From a virus (Duplodnaviria; Caudoviricetes): a stretch of DNA of 64,000 nucleotides. Shown piece by piece: positions 19,412 through 28,964 of this stretch. The position numbers were made by a program, and so were the translations under genes. Location of the stretch: positions 1-64,000 of the IMG/VR virus record IMGVR_UViG_3300020576_003018; one strand, given 5' to 3'. Each line of letters opens with the position of its first letter. Within the stretch, counting starts at the first letter, position 1. The notes beneath the pieces are model-generated. The model was not told the origin of the DNA and made no database searches. It was given only the letters and a program-made list of their open reading frames with translations.

Positions 19412-20058
19412 TGGGGAATAGCCTTCCAATACTCTGGGTGTCTTACATCGCTCGAATCAAACACATCACCAACAAACTCTGTGCCAACTCTTTGTGTTGG
19501 GAATGGTTTGTTCTCGAAGAATGGATCGTGAACTTTTGCTCGGTGTTTGATGAGCGGGTAAATCTTTTCTCGAAGGAAGTTTTGATCAACTTGCCAAAAG
19601 TCTCCTGCTGGGTATTCGTCGATCAGACTCTTCATCTCGGAGAGGAAACCGCCTCTTGCTCCCCACATCCCACCAAGAATTTCTGTTTTGTGTGCTGGAT
19701 GATCTCTCATGATGTGAAACACCTTGTCGGGTTCTGAAAGCCACTCATCAACAGCGGCCTTCTCTCTCAGTGAGAGTCTCGAATCTGTATCTCTTGATAA
19801 CATCACTTCGACATCAGGCTCACCAGCAGGATAAAACCTCCAGAACATTCCTCTCCAATCTCCAGGTTCGGGCATGTTGACGACTTCTGCCCCTGCACGA
19901 AGAAGTTGTTTTGTCACGGCTGGGGAAGTGGAAGATCCAACGTAAAACCTTGGGATCCAACCTGGATAAACCGTCTTGGCAAGCTCTGCGTTTCTTAACG
20001 CTCCTATGGTGTACTTTGGATCATTCCCCCAAAGACAAAATGAGATGATCTTTTTCAT
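19408..20058 (-). CDS. Glycan-cluster conserved protein (possible GT-A fold)
   Basis: KIISFCLWG..PKY..GA..NA, SRDTDSR, ILGGMWG and DQNFL motifs, as seen in viral glycosylation clusters. Confidence 0.6.
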   Translation of the reverse strand: MKKIISFCLWGNDPKYTIGALRNAELAKTVYPGWIPRFYVGSSTSPAVTKQLLRAGAEVVNMPEPGDWRGMFWRFYPAGEPDVEVMLSRDTDSRLSLREKAAVDEWLSEPDKVFHIMRDHPAHKTEILGGMWGARGGFLSEMKSLIDEYPAGDFWQVDQNFLREKIYPLIKHRAKVHDPFFENKPFPTQRVGTEFVGDVFDSSDVRHPEYWKAIPQ

Positions 20059-20777
20059 CGCGGGAATCCAGCCGCCTTTCTTTGAAGATAAACCGCAGCA
20101 TCTTGCCTTTCAAAAGGCAAATTCTTCATAAAAGTCTCATCCAAGCCGATATTAGTCGTGGTTGGATGAATTTGTTGGAACAGCGTTTTGGTTGCTGGAT
20201 CTCTCTGAATCCAGTCTGGATGGACGTGACGAATAATCACCTTGTCAATGAATGTTTGCTTGCCAAGAGAATTGGCAACTTCAGTAAACTCATTGTCAGA
20301 CCAGAAGGATTTGTAATCTGGGTGATAGATGTACCCAAACCGCTGGTAGTATTTCCTTCCAAGAATACAAAGAGTGTTGAAGTCTTTTCGGTATCCATCA
20401 AAAAACCAGAGAACTCCATCGGTGTCTGGATACAGTTCTTCCATTTTCCCTCTGATGATCTCGTCATAACCTCTTTCTTCTGGAATCATGTCGTCGGAGG
20501 CAAGCAAGAGGATATCATATTCTCCAGCTTTATCCATGTCAGCATTCACAGCTTCGATTTTTGTTTTTGAGTTTCCAAAACAAACTTCAAGGTTCTGATA
20601 TTGAGAAAACTTCTGCTTCACTGCATCGTTGTTCATGCTGGGATCATCCAGATCACAGGACACGAGAAACTTTGTTGCGTTCTTTTTCTTGGAGCCGTAG
20701 TAATACCTGTCCAACACGGGAAAAAATCTGTCCGGCCTTCCTCTTGTTGGAAACTTCACCAAAACAGTCATTGTCAT
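20055..20777 (-). CDS. Glycosyltransferase family 2-like
   Basis: VKFPTRGRP, ILLLASDDMIP and FWSDNEF motifs. Confidence 0.75.
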   Translation of the reverse strand: MTMTVLVKFPTRGRPDRFFPVLDRYYYGSKKKNATKFLVSCDLDDPSMNNDAVKQKFSQYQNLEVCFGNSKTKIEAVNADMDKAGEYDILLLASDDMIPEERGYDEIIRGKMEELYPDTDGVLWFFDGYRKDFNTLCILGRKYYQRFGYIYHPDYKSFWSDNEFTEVANSLGKQTFIDKVIIRHVHPDWIQRDPATKTLFQQIHPTTTNIGLDETFMKNLPFERQDAAVYLQRKAAGFPR

Positions 20778-21730
20778 TTCTTCTTCAACTCCTCTTTGAT
20801 CCAATCCGTCAGTTTAACAGATGGTTGATAATTCAGCCATACATTTGCAACAGAAATATCGGCTTGAGTGTGTCGAACCTCGTTTCTTCTTTCGGGCACA
20901 TGAACGATTTCTCCACCGATCATTTCAGCCAGATAAAGGATACTGCACCTTTCCATTGTCCCAAGATTGATTGGATACTTCCTAACACTCTCTGGAATGA
21001 AGTTGTTAACATCACCAGCCGCGATTGTCCCAGCAACAATGTCATCAACGTGGGTAAAATCTCTGGTTTGCTTTCCATCACCGACAACTGTCAAAGGCTT
21101 CCCCTCTGCTTTTTGACGCAGGAACAATCCAACCACGGGAGCATATTGTCCTTTGATTGGTTGCCTTGATCCATAAACGTTGAAGTATCTCAACACAACC
21201 GTCTGAAGCTCATCTTCTGCACCAGTTGTATCATAGGAGAAACAAGCAAGTTCACCACCAACCTTTCCAGCCGCATAAGGTGTAGAACACTTTGTTGGCG
21301 TGTAATGAGTGAAAGGAATAGAGGCATTCCCATAAGCTGAAGATGTGGAAGAATAAACAAACCTGTTCGCCTTCAATTCCCTTGCAACTTCCAACATGGA
21401 AACAGTCCCCATCACATTGGTCTTAAACACCAAATCCTTTTTGGTAAAGGAAGGTTGAATCCTTGCTTCCGCTGCAAGGTGATAAACCGTCTCAATGTGC
21501 AGGTTTTTCTCTTTGGCGATCCAACGAACATCTGAAAGAATGTTGTCTTGATGACAAACATTCCCTTTGATGTTGTAAGCCTCTGGATTCCAGTAAAACT
21601 GTGAATTACTTTCCGCTGACTCGTTGTCGATACAAATGACTTTGGTGTCTTTGGCGATCAAAGCATCAACGAGATTGCTTCCGATGAATCCAGCACCGCC
21701 CGTAACAATCGCTGCCCTGTTCTTTTTCAT
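20774..21730 (-). CDS. NAD-dependent nucleotide-sugar epimerase/dehydratase (extended SDR)
   Basis: VTGGAGFIGS, YSSTSSAYG, YAAGK (YxxxK), LRYFNVYG and GDGKQTRDF. Confidence 0.92.
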   Translation of the reverse strand: MKKNRAAIVTGGAGFIGSNLVDALIAKDTKVICIDNESAESNSQFYWNPEAYNIKGNVCHQDNILSDVRWIAKEKNLHIETVYHLAAEARIQPSFTKKDLVFKTNVMGTVSMLEVARELKANRFVYSSTSSAYGNASIPFTHYTPTKCSTPYAAGKVGGELACFSYDTTGAEDELQTVVLRYFNVYGSRQPIKGQYAPVVGLFLRQKAEGKPLTVVGDGKQTRDFTHVDDIVAGTIAAGDVNNFIPESVRKYPINLGTMERCSILYLAEMIGGEIVHVPERRNEVRHTQADISVANVWLNYQPSVKLTDWIKEELKKK

Positions 21731-22494
21731 TTTCCCTCTTGTTCCTTGTACCATTCTCTCGTGATATAACCCGCAACAGCTTCTGGTGAAAGATTAGCCT
21801 TGTAGAACTCTTTGCAAGATTTGGAACGTTCTTTCAACACCATTGGATCCGTGTTGATAAGCCAGGAAGCAAGTCCTGGAAGTTCATCCCATGTTTGCAA
21901 CCAAAAGGCTGTTTTATGGTCCGGATCATACCACTGACGTTCTTTTCTGTTTAGCATCACTGGAATGCACCCAGCCTTCAAAGCCTCTGTCATCCTGAAA
22001 GACTCGTAACTTCCTCCAGGTGGACAGATTGCCAACATGGTGTTGCACATCACTTCGCTATATTCCTGCCTTGTCAACCCTTTTGAGAAACCCTCGCTAG
22101 GACGAATATAGATCCGCTTGTATTGCCCTTGCAGGGCGGACATAGCATTGACAGCCTGTTGCCTCCGCATATCACCCACAAAACCAGCAAACGACATCAT
22201 GTACTTCCTGTCGTTGAAAGACAAGTGATCTGTTAAATCTCCCTTGAACCCAGAAGCAAATGGAAGCGGAATGGGTCTTTCATTGGCTGCTGGCTTTGAA
22301 GGAAAATAGTTCCTGAAAACTATGCAGTTCTTAAAATCAACGGGCTGGTGTGACTCATCAGACAGAAGAATGACAAGCTGCCTCATTCCTCCGGAATAAT
22401 CTCTTTTTTCTCTGGGACCGAGGGGGGATTGGTAAATGACAACAGGCTCCTCTGGGAGAAGAGGAATCAGTTTATCAAGAAATTCTGTTTCCAT
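21727..22494 (-). CDS. Exostosin/GT47-like glycosyltransferase
   Basis: MSFAG...ICPPGGSYESFRMTEALKAGCIPV. Confidence 0.7.
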   Translation of the reverse strand: METEFLDKLIPLLPEEPVVIYQSPLGPREKRDYSGGMRQLVILLSDESHQPVDFKNCIVFRNYFPSKPAANERPIPLPFASGFKGDLTDHLSFNDRKYMMSFAGFVGDMRRQQAVNAMSALQGQYKRIYIRPSEGFSKGLTRQEYSEVMCNTMLAICPPGGSYESFRMTEALKAGCIPVMLNRKERQWYDPDHKTAFWLQTWDELPGLASWLINTDPMVLKERSKSCKEFYKANLSPEAVAGYITREWYKEQEGK

Positions 22495-22508
22495 GTTTTA
22501 TGTTTCCT

Positions 22509-23486
22509 TCAGGGACAGTGAGGCGTGTTGGCATAAGGACAGAACCGACAGTTTTGTCGGTTTTTGGGGAAGATCTTCCTTTTGACGTGTCCAAGCATTG
22601 AATCAACGGTTTCCAGGGCATTGCTAAGTGCTTTTGGTCCAACTGACACTGGGACATATTCACAGTTTCCAGGTTTCTTGGATCTGCGGAGAATGACGAA
22701 GGCACAACGGATCTTATCCAGAGGTATACCTGTCTTCTTGGAATAGAAGTGTTTGTAGAGAACCAATTGCATCGTCTTGTTTGGATCTGTTTTTTTGGAA
22801 ACAGGCCAAAAGTAACCAGAGGTTTTCCAGTCTATCAAGTGAGTGATTTCCTCACCTTTCTTATTGGTTGCAGTGATCACACCATCAATGAAACCTTTGA
22901 AAAGATGGCTGTGCCCATCAATTGGTTCCATCAATGGAAATTCACTGGCGACGTATTTCCAATCTTCTCCGAATGTTTCATTCATGAATGCTGGGACTTC
23001 TGACAGGATTGGTTCAATGACACCGTGCCATTCTTCTTCTTTCAGGGAAGCAACGTTTGGAAGTTCGCTAAATGCGTAAGAAAGACCAACTTTGATATCA
23101 TCGTAGGATGGCATCTTTCTGGTTTCCAGGAACACTTCAAGGGCTGTGTGAATCACATGACCGAATTCTGTGTGTTCGGATGGACCATCCAAAGCTCCAC
23201 CATTGATCTTGTCCAGATATTTCAACTTGTGACGGAAAGCACACGTTCTCCAGGTAGAAAGCTCGGAGAACGAGATGTTTCCACGGATTGAAAGATAATC
23301 CATGTTGGTTGGAGCAGAGAAATCTAACCCAACAGGCTCAATCTTGGTTTTTCCTTCGAGAAGAGAATCAATCGAATCAGAAGTACGAATGTTTTCCGTG
23401 CTTGTCTGAATGATTTTTAGATGCTTTTTTGTGAGATTGGGAGGAGATTCGGAACTAGGCTTTGGTTTTTTTGGTGAGGCGCTCAT
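22509..23486 (-). CDS. PD-(D/E)XK nuclease, Cas4/RecB-like, with Fe-S cysteines
   Basis: ISFSELSTWRTC, FGHVIH, GFIDGV...IDWKTS, QLVLY and C-terminal CRFCPY...HC. Confidence 0.85.
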   Translation of the reverse strand: MSASPKKPKPSSESPPNLTKKHLKIIQTSTENIRTSDSIDSLLEGKTKIEPVGLDFSAPTNMDYLSIRGNISFSELSTWRTCAFRHKLKYLDKINGGALDGPSEHTEFGHVIHTALEVFLETRKMPSYDDIKVGLSYAFSELPNVASLKEEEWHGVIEPILSEVPAFMNETFGEDWKYVASEFPLMEPIDGHSHLFKGFIDGVITATNKKGEEITHLIDWKTSGYFWPVSKKTDPNKTMQLVLYKHFYSKKTGIPLDKIRCAFVILRRSKKPGNCEYVPVSVGPKALSNALETVDSMLGHVKRKIFPKNRQNCRFCPYANTPHCP

Positions 23487-23509
23487 GCTAAGAACACCAT
23501 ACACCAACA

Positions 23510-24313
23510 CTACTTCTTTGTCTTTGACTTATTTTTGCGCTGTTTCTTTTTAGCAGGGAGAACTACTCCCTTGCCATCATCTTCCTCTTTTTCTCCCAGA
23601 GGATCATCAACAGGGACAATGTTCGACAGTGGATGTTCCGAAACAATGCCGCGCCAGTGCGCTGGTTGCTTATCAAAGTCTTCTTCGGTTGGAAAGGTTC
23701 CACTAGGAGTGTTGTGTCGAATGACTCTTACATGCCTCTTGGAGTCATAGGGAATATCCTCCGGGTCCATCCCCGTTAAGAGATCTCCAAGTGATTTCTT
23801 TAACGGGGATGGAAATGCTGCATCTTCTTCCATGAAACAACCACAGCCGCAAACATCACATCCAAGTTGTTCATCTGGCTCGCAGTCACCTTCGCACCCA
23901 CACACGTCACAAACGCCACAGGAGCCTTTTCCTTGCCCTTGGATTTCTTCAACGGGTTCCTGGTCGTCTTCCTCGTCTTCGTCGATTGTAAAAGCTTCTG
24001 GGGCCTCTGGCGGCTGTGTTGGCGAGCCACCAACATCAACACTTTTGCCTGGGGTTGTTTCATCACCACAAGAGTCATCACACATGTGAGCATCAGGGCT
24101 GTGATCACAACAAGGAGCCATGACCTTTTTAAGTTCATCAACAGCAAGATCAATTGCTTCGTGAACGTCGGTGAGGCTGGTGATCATATCTCTCGACATC
24201 TGCCCGGTCTTTTCCACTTCCTCAAGCATGTCGTGCATGTCTCCGAAAAGAGATTTCAGTCCACCAATGAAAAGACGTGCTTTTAGTGGATGGTTGGTTT
24301 TTGCTTTTGTCAT
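23510..24313 (-). CDS. Acidic, Cys-rich hypothetical protein
   Basis: Probable start MTKAKTNH at 24313; contains CGVCDVCGCEGDC and GCDVCGCGC clusters and a basic tail. Confidence 0.65.
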   Translation of the reverse strand: MTKAKTNHPLKARLFIGGLKSLFGDMHDMLEEVEKTGQMSRDMITSLTDVHEAIDLAVDELKKVMAPCCDHSPDAHMCDDSCGDETTPGKSVDVGGSPTQPPEAPEAFTIDEDEEDDQEPVEEIQGQGKGSCGVCDVCGCEGDCEPDEQLGCDVCGCGCFMEEDAAFPSPLKKSLGDLLTGMDPEDIPYDSKRHVRVIRHNTPSGTFPTEEDFDKQPAHWRGIVSEHPLSNIVPVDDPLGEKEEDDGKGVVLPAKKKQRKNKSKTKK

Positions 24314-24329
24314 GATGTTGCTTTTCTGA

Positions 24330-25340
24330 TTACCTTCCTCGGATACCGAATGTGATGTTTTCTCGGAAGTCATTTGTGGATGTTGCGCCAATATAGGAGT
24401 ACGCTGACTGCAAACCACCTTTGAGAAGTTCCACAATTTCTTTTGCTGAAGGTTTTTTGGAAACGAGAATAGTCTCGCCTTCCGGCGTTGGAAGTGTGTC
24501 AACACTCCGCACTTTGACCGCTGCTTCGGAACTAGCCATGCCACGATAAATCACCTCACCCTTTTCTGTTGTTCCACCAACACATGGAGCTTCTGGACAT
24601 CCGGCAAAAAAGTATCCGGACATCACAGCAGTCGCCCCAGCACCAATCGCTTTGGCAACATCTCCATATTCTCTTGCTCCACCATCCGCAATGACTGGGA
24701 TTCCCCATCGACTAGCTCGTTGAGAACACTCCAACACTGTTGAAAACATTGGAGTGACAACGCCCGTCACATTCTTCGTCAAACAAACCTTTCCACCACC
24801 AATTCCAACCTTGATTGCATCAACCTTCCAATCTCGCATGGAATCAACAGCCCAAGAAGTTCCCACATTCCCAGCAACAATAAAAATATCCCTGCCATAA
24901 GTCCTTCTTAGCCATTTAACCGTGTTTTCCATCATGGAACTGTGTCCATGAGCAATGTCAACAATGAAAAACCTTGCACCGGCTGTGTAAAGTGCCTCGG
25001 CCCGCTCATGCCAGTTCCCATTCACACCCAAAGAAACAAAGCAATTTGCTTGAGCACGTTGAACTTCACAAAACTCAGCAACAGCTTCTGGAATAGAATT
25101 GAACCGATGGAGCGCACCGATTGCCCCAGCTTGCCATAGAGCAATTGCCATTTGAGATCCCGTGACAGTATCCATGTTCGCAGAAACAACTGGAACCATG
25201 AGGGAAAGACTCAATTTGCTGTTTGGGCTTCCAAGAATAACTTCGGTGTTGACTTGCTTTCTGGAAGTCACATCAGAGAAGTTTGGAACGATGAAAACAT
25301 CGGAGTATTCGTATGAGGGCGTTGTTAAAATATTAGCCAT
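24330..25340 (-). CDS. IMP dehydrogenase/GMP reductase family enzyme (no CBS domain)
   Basis: [39 protein letters not shown] and [12 protein letters not shown]. Confidence 0.9.
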   Translation of the reverse strand: MANILTTPSYEYSDVFIVPNFSDVTSRKQVNTEVILGSPNSKLSLSLMVPVVSANMDTVTGSQMAIALWQAGAIGALHRFNSIPEAVAEFCEVQRAQANCFVSLGVNGNWHERAEALYTAGARFFIVDIAHGHSSMMENTVKWLRRTYGRDIFIVAGNVGTSWAVDSMRDWKVDAIKVGIGGGKVCLTKNVTGVVTPMFSTVLECSQRASRWGIPVIADGGAREYGDVAKAIGAGATAVMSGYFFAGCPEAPCVGGTTEKGEVIYRGMASSEAAVKVRSVDTLPTPEGETILVSKKPSAKEIVELLKGGLQSAYSYIGATSTNDFRENITFGIRGR

Positions 25341-25394
25341 GAGTTCAAGCCTACGCTGGCATATTCCCCCAGTCTAGTTATTTCCACCTGCTCC

Positions 25395-25769
25395 ATGAAA
25401 CTCACCAAAGAAAACCTGGAAATCATCAAACGGTTCATTCAACACTGTGCCAAGGAGCTTGATTTGCATGGAAAAATAACCATCACCCTGTCCGAGAGAC
25501 AAACAACTGGAATGCCAACTGCTGGATATTGTGATCCGCATGGCATGACAGTTTTTGTTGCTATCAAGAACAGGGCAATGGCTGACTGCTTGAGAACGTT
25601 GGCTCATGAGTTGACTCATTGCAAACAAGCTCAAAGGGGCGTTGTTTTTCCAAACGATGATGAAGGTTTGCAACCTTACGAAAACGAAGCGAATGTTGAG
25701 GCTGGAAAGTTGGTTAGGTTTTGGGGGCGTGAGAACAGAGTGATCTATGAGGATCTGAAATCCGGTTAG
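25395..25769 (+). CDS. Zincin-like metallopeptidase (HExxH)
   Basis: RTLAHELTHCKQ...YENEAN. Confidence 0.65.
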   Translation: MKLTKENLEIIKRFIQHCAKELDLHGKITITLSERQTTGMPTAGYCDPHGMTVFVAIKNRAMADCLRTLAHELTHCKQAQRGVVFPNDDEGLQPYENEANVEAGKLVRFWGRENRVIYEDLKSG

Positions 25770-25773
25770 ATTT

Positions 25774-26850
25774 TCATTTCATGGAGAGGTAAACATCAGA
25801 AACATACTTGAGGGCAACACGTCCGTGTTTTGAATCAAATCTTTCAGCCCGATTCAACTTCACAACAACACCCTCACGAACAACCTGACCGGGAAACAAA
25901 GTCTCCTTCGCTTCCGCCAATTCAGAAAGATTTACTTCTGAAAGCTTCCCGCGGAACAAAACTGGAACAACTTCCTTCATCCCTTCTGAGTAAGCTGGAT
26001 TGTCCAACATCTCTCCATTAGAAACCCAGCGACCGTTTTCCATCACGTCAAAGGCGGCAAAACCATATTCGCCATTCTTTTTCCCGTATGAGAATTGTCC
26101 CCCCTGAACGTTGGGACCATAAATCTCTCCGTAAAGAACAGCCTTGGGATGTGCTCGGCACCAATCCTCAATCCAAGGGTTCTGTCGAATAGCTTCCCAC
26201 CACAAGCAGGACTCGGGCCCAATAACCTTTGTAACTTCCTCACCTTCCTTGTTTGTGTAGGTGATTTGCCGAGGCTCAACCCCACTTGGATTCCTCTTCC
26301 AAGTCTTGTGACTCCCAGCGTGCATCTTCTCACCATCAAAAACAAATCGTGCGTTGGTTCCATGAATCTTCACGGAAACATTCACTTCATCTTCTGGATT
26401 GAAAAGACGATGATATTTCCTGAAATTCTCCAGTTTGTAAACTGGGGCTTCGACATACTCTGGGCCTTGGGTTGCAACTCCAGCCTTGGTTCCACTGAAG
26501 AAAGTTGGAGGATCGTAATGCTCCACTTCCAGTTGCTCCATGACATCATCTCCCTCAACAGCACCTTCGGGAGCTTTGATCAAAAGCCCATAGGAAGGCT
26601 CCCCGCGGAGACGAACAACCGTGAGACGATGACGTTCGCGGCCCTTGCCCTTGTCCAAGTGCTGGAATTCAGGGCGAGAAAGCTTAACCGTGTTGTCCGG
26701 TTCAATGAACGCAGCCAAATCACCGACTTGGAATTGTCCCTTTCGAACGACTGCTTGGTATCCCCAAACAGGAATGATTTCGAGAGCATCGGCATTGGGA
26801 TGTTTTTTTACTTCTTCAACCCGAATCACTTTTACTTCGTGTGTGCTCAT
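25774..26850 (-). CDS. ATP-dependent RNA ligase (DRB0094/Rnl5-like, with N-terminal OB-like domain)
   Basis: HPNADALE N-terminus, motif I KIHGTN, YGEIYG, AFDV, EGVVVK and C-terminal KYVS..YL. Confidence 0.88.
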   Translation of the reverse strand: MSTHEVKVIRVEEVKKHPNADALEIIPVWGYQAVVRKGQFQVGDLAAFIEPDNTVKLSRPEFQHLDKGKGRERHRLTVVRLRGEPSYGLLIKAPEGAVEGDDVMEQLEVEHYDPPTFFSGTKAGVATQGPEYVEAPVYKLENFRKYHRLFNPEDEVNVSVKIHGTNARFVFDGEKMHAGSHKTWKRNPSGVEPRQITYTNKEGEEVTKVIGPESCLWWEAIRQNPWIEDWCRAHPKAVLYGEIYGPNVQGGQFSYGKKNGEYGFAAFDVMENGRWVSNGEMLDNPAYSEGMKEVVPVLFRGKLSEVNLSELAEAKETLFPGQVVREGVVVKLNRAERFDSKHGRVALKYVSDVYLSMK

Positions 26851-26886
26851 GTTTTTGTTATCTCGCTATCTTGATGTTGTGTTGGG

Positions 26887-26915
26887 ATCATACAATGGGA
26901 TGAAGGTTGTGTCAA
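26887..26915 (-). promoter_or_regulatory. Sigma70-like promoter for the RNA ligase gene
   Basis: TTGACA (26915-26910), 17 nt, TATGAT (26892-26887) on the minus strand. Confidence 0.8.
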
Positions 26916-26943
26916 GGATTTTCCCAGACCTTCTCCTGGCCGG

Positions 26944-26959
26944 GCCGGGGGAGGCCCCC
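26944..26959 (+). repeat. GC-rich 16-mer gccgggggaggccccc (also at 55262-55277)
   Basis: Exact 16-nt match; can form a G5/C5 stem. Confidence 0.8.
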
Positions 26960-26990
26960 TTGAGGTTCCAAAACACCTTATCCTATAGGA

Positions 26991-27029
26991 TTCCCTCTCT
27001 TGGATCCCTCTTCTGGTTATCCTCCACTA
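26991..27029 (+). repeat. Dispersed repeat copy C
   Basis: Its reverse complement reads VEDNQKRDPREGI versus VEDNQKRDQREGI in copy A. Confidence 0.9.
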
Positions 27030-27088
27030 ACGGGAGGAGCATCCCCCACAAGGCAAGGGTCATGCCAATACTTACCGAAGGAGTTCAA

Positions 27089-27526
27089 GTGCTTAATCTA
27101 AAGCGGTTTCTTTATCTCGGAGAACAAGTTGTGGAGGATGCTCCTCCAGAGTCTGAATCCGAAAAGCCTTTTGCAGTTTTCGCATTGGCGAGGGTTGGTT
27201 CTGGTGGGTATGCAGCCACAACACGTCCAGCAGATCGTGGTCAAGCTGGGAAAATAGGGTTGCCTGGGGGGAAGCTAGATCCTGGGGAAGATCCTTTGGA
27301 GGCTGTTTTGCGCGAATGTGAGGAAGAGGGTTGGTCTGTTCGGATCAGCAACCGCGAACCAATTCAAAAGCTTATGGTCGATGGGAAAATGGTTTGGTGG
27401 TACCAAGCTGATCCTAACCCAAAGATTCTAACCCAATACAAAGAAAAGCACAGAATCGTTCCTGTTGTTGTTTCAAAGGATGCTGTTCTCACATCTGGAT
27501 ATGGGAATGAAAGATTGCCGCTATGA
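27089..27526 (+). CDS. Nudix hydrolase
   Basis: Nudix box GGKLDPGEDPLEAVLRECEEEGW. Probable GTG start at 27089 after AAGGAG and TACTTA (ATG 27062 is the alternative). Confidence 0.85.
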   Translation: MLNLKRFLYLGEQVVEDAPPESESEKPFAVFALARVGSGGYAATTRPADRGQAGKIGLPGGKLDPGEDPLEAVLRECEEEGWSVRISNREPIQKLMVDGKMVWWYQADPNPKILTQYKEKHRIVPVVVSKDAVLTSGYGNERLPL

Positions 27527-27912
27527 AAATCAAAATTGAAGAGATGCTGTTCGAGTCGGTAGAAAGCGAAACGCTGATTTTTGAGGCTTGTTTAGAAGAA
27601 GACAACTCTCCAGTGTGTGAAGGTTGTTTGGTTACTTATCCTAATGAACACATGGATGTTTTGGAAGAGGCTGAATATCAAGGGCGCAAGGTTCCTCTTG
27701 GAAAACCAACGAGGGGAGATGTAAAAAAGTTCAAGGTGTTTGTGAAAGACCCCAAAACAGGAAACGTGAAGAAGGTGAACTTTGGAGATCCCAACATGAG
27801 GATTCGGAAGAGTGACCCTGAAAGAAGGAAAAGCTTCCGAGCGAGACACAACTGTGACAACCCAGGTCCAAAAACCAAGGCAAGGTATTGGTCGTGCCGC
27901 AAGTGGGAATAA
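27523..27912 (+). CDS. Conserved phage protein (FGDPNM...RRKSFRARH.C...ARYWSC family)
   Basis: Motif recalled as common in large DNA viruses; basic C-terminal domain. Confidence 0.7.
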   Translation: MKIKIEEMLFESVESETLIFEACLEEDNSPVCEGCLVTYPNEHMDVLEEAEYQGRKVPLGKPTRGDVKKFKVFVKDPKTGNVKKVNFGDPNMRIRKSDPERRKSFRARHNCDNPGPKTKARYWSCRKWE

Positions 27913-28352
27913 GAAAAAAGGCTCGCTCCACAACTACCCCAGCGAAGAAGAGACGAAAGCGGAAGCACTACAAAACAGGAATTCATCATTCTCCGAAGTG
28001 CAGCACACCGATTCATTATCGTTCGGGTTGGGAGAAAACGGTCGCAGAGTTCCTGGACAGCAATCCAGAAGTGGTCTCGTATGAATATGAGAGCCTTATG
28101 GTGCCTTATGTGATGGCTGGGAGGGGTCACACCTACTACCCAGATTTTCTGGTCCGCTATAAGTCAGGCAGAACCGTTATTGTCGAAGTCAAAAGACAAG
28201 ACAAGCTCGCAACAAAAAAGGTCATGCTGAAAAACGCCGCTGTTCGTTCCTGGATTATCAAAGAGGGAAAGGGTTGGGAGTTTGAGGTTTGGACTGATGC
28301 TGTTGTGATGGGTTTCAGGAAACTGGTTGACGCCAAAAAAGCTGGATGTTAA
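27888..28352 (+). CDS. TnsA-N / T4 gp4-like PD-(D/E)XK endonuclease
   Basis: YRSGWE...YEYE...Y.PDFLV...IVEVK. Confidence 0.8.
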   Translation: MVVPQVGIRKKARSTTTPAKKRRKRKHYKTGIHHSPKCSTPIHYRSGWEKTVAEFLDSNPEVVSYEYESLMVPYVMAGRGHTYYPDFLVRYKSGRTVIVEVKRQDKLATKKVMLKNAAVRSWIIKEGKGWEFEVWTDAVVMGFRKLVDAKKAGC

Positions 28353-28362
28353 ACATGCTCTC

Positions 28363-28950
28363 ATGAGCACAACCACAAAACCCAATTCCATTCCTCTCAT
28401 CGTTGGCACCAACAAAGAAATTCATCAAGTCACTTCTCATCAATCTGCTCTCGACCTTCTCAGCAAAAGACTGATTGAGAAGAATCGAATTGAAAACATG
28501 TTTGAGCTTAGGAGTGTTTCCAGAGGAACTCCCTGGTACATTCAAATGGGCCTCGGCACAGATTCAATGGTTTTCTACACAATCGATGGAATAATCTGGC
28601 TGGAATCTATTCTTGCGAAGTGGACAGAAAACGATCTGAAGGCTTTTCAGAACAAGTTTGTTGTCACAAAGCCGACCCACCGAATGACTGTTCCATTTGG
28701 AAAACCCAAGACTAAGGACACAAAGAAGAGCAACAATGCAGTGCTGCTTGCTTGCAATGTTTCAGATAGGATTCAAGAGATTTTCAGGAGCCAGTTTGGT
28801 GTTGAGTTCTGGAATCCAGAGGATGCTGTGTTGAGCAAAGACGTACTGGTTAAAACTGGTGTGCTGGACTATAAGATTTCCAACCTTACGCCACTGGCGA
28901 AGAACAAGCTGGAGAAGTATTACGGTTGTCATTTCCGAGAGATGGACTGA
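28363..28950 (+). CDS. Hypothetical protein
   Basis: About 195-aa ORF in a plus-strand run; start uncertain (28327 or 28363). Confidence 0.65.
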   Translation: MSTTTKPNSIPLIVGTNKEIHQVTSHQSALDLLSKRLIEKNRIENMFELRSVSRGTPWYIQMGLGTDSMVFYTIDGIIWLESILAKWTENDLKAFQNKFVVTKPTHRMTVPFGKPKTKDTKKSNNAVLLACNVSDRIQEIFRSQFGVEFWNPEDAVLSKDVLVKTGVLDYKISNLTPLAKNKLEKYYGCHFREMD

Positions 28951-28964
28951 AACAATAACTTGGT

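Noticed and set aside
26645-27088. Long N-terminal extension of the Nudix ORF from the ORF track
   Set aside because: It overlaps the RNA ligase on the opposite strand and runs through promoter and repeat DNA; a start at 27062 or 27089 fits better.
27888-28352. TnsA-like gene as part of a Tn7 transposon
   Set aside because: No TnsB/TnsC or terminal repeats; stand-alone TnsA-N/gp4-like nucleases are ordinary phage genes.
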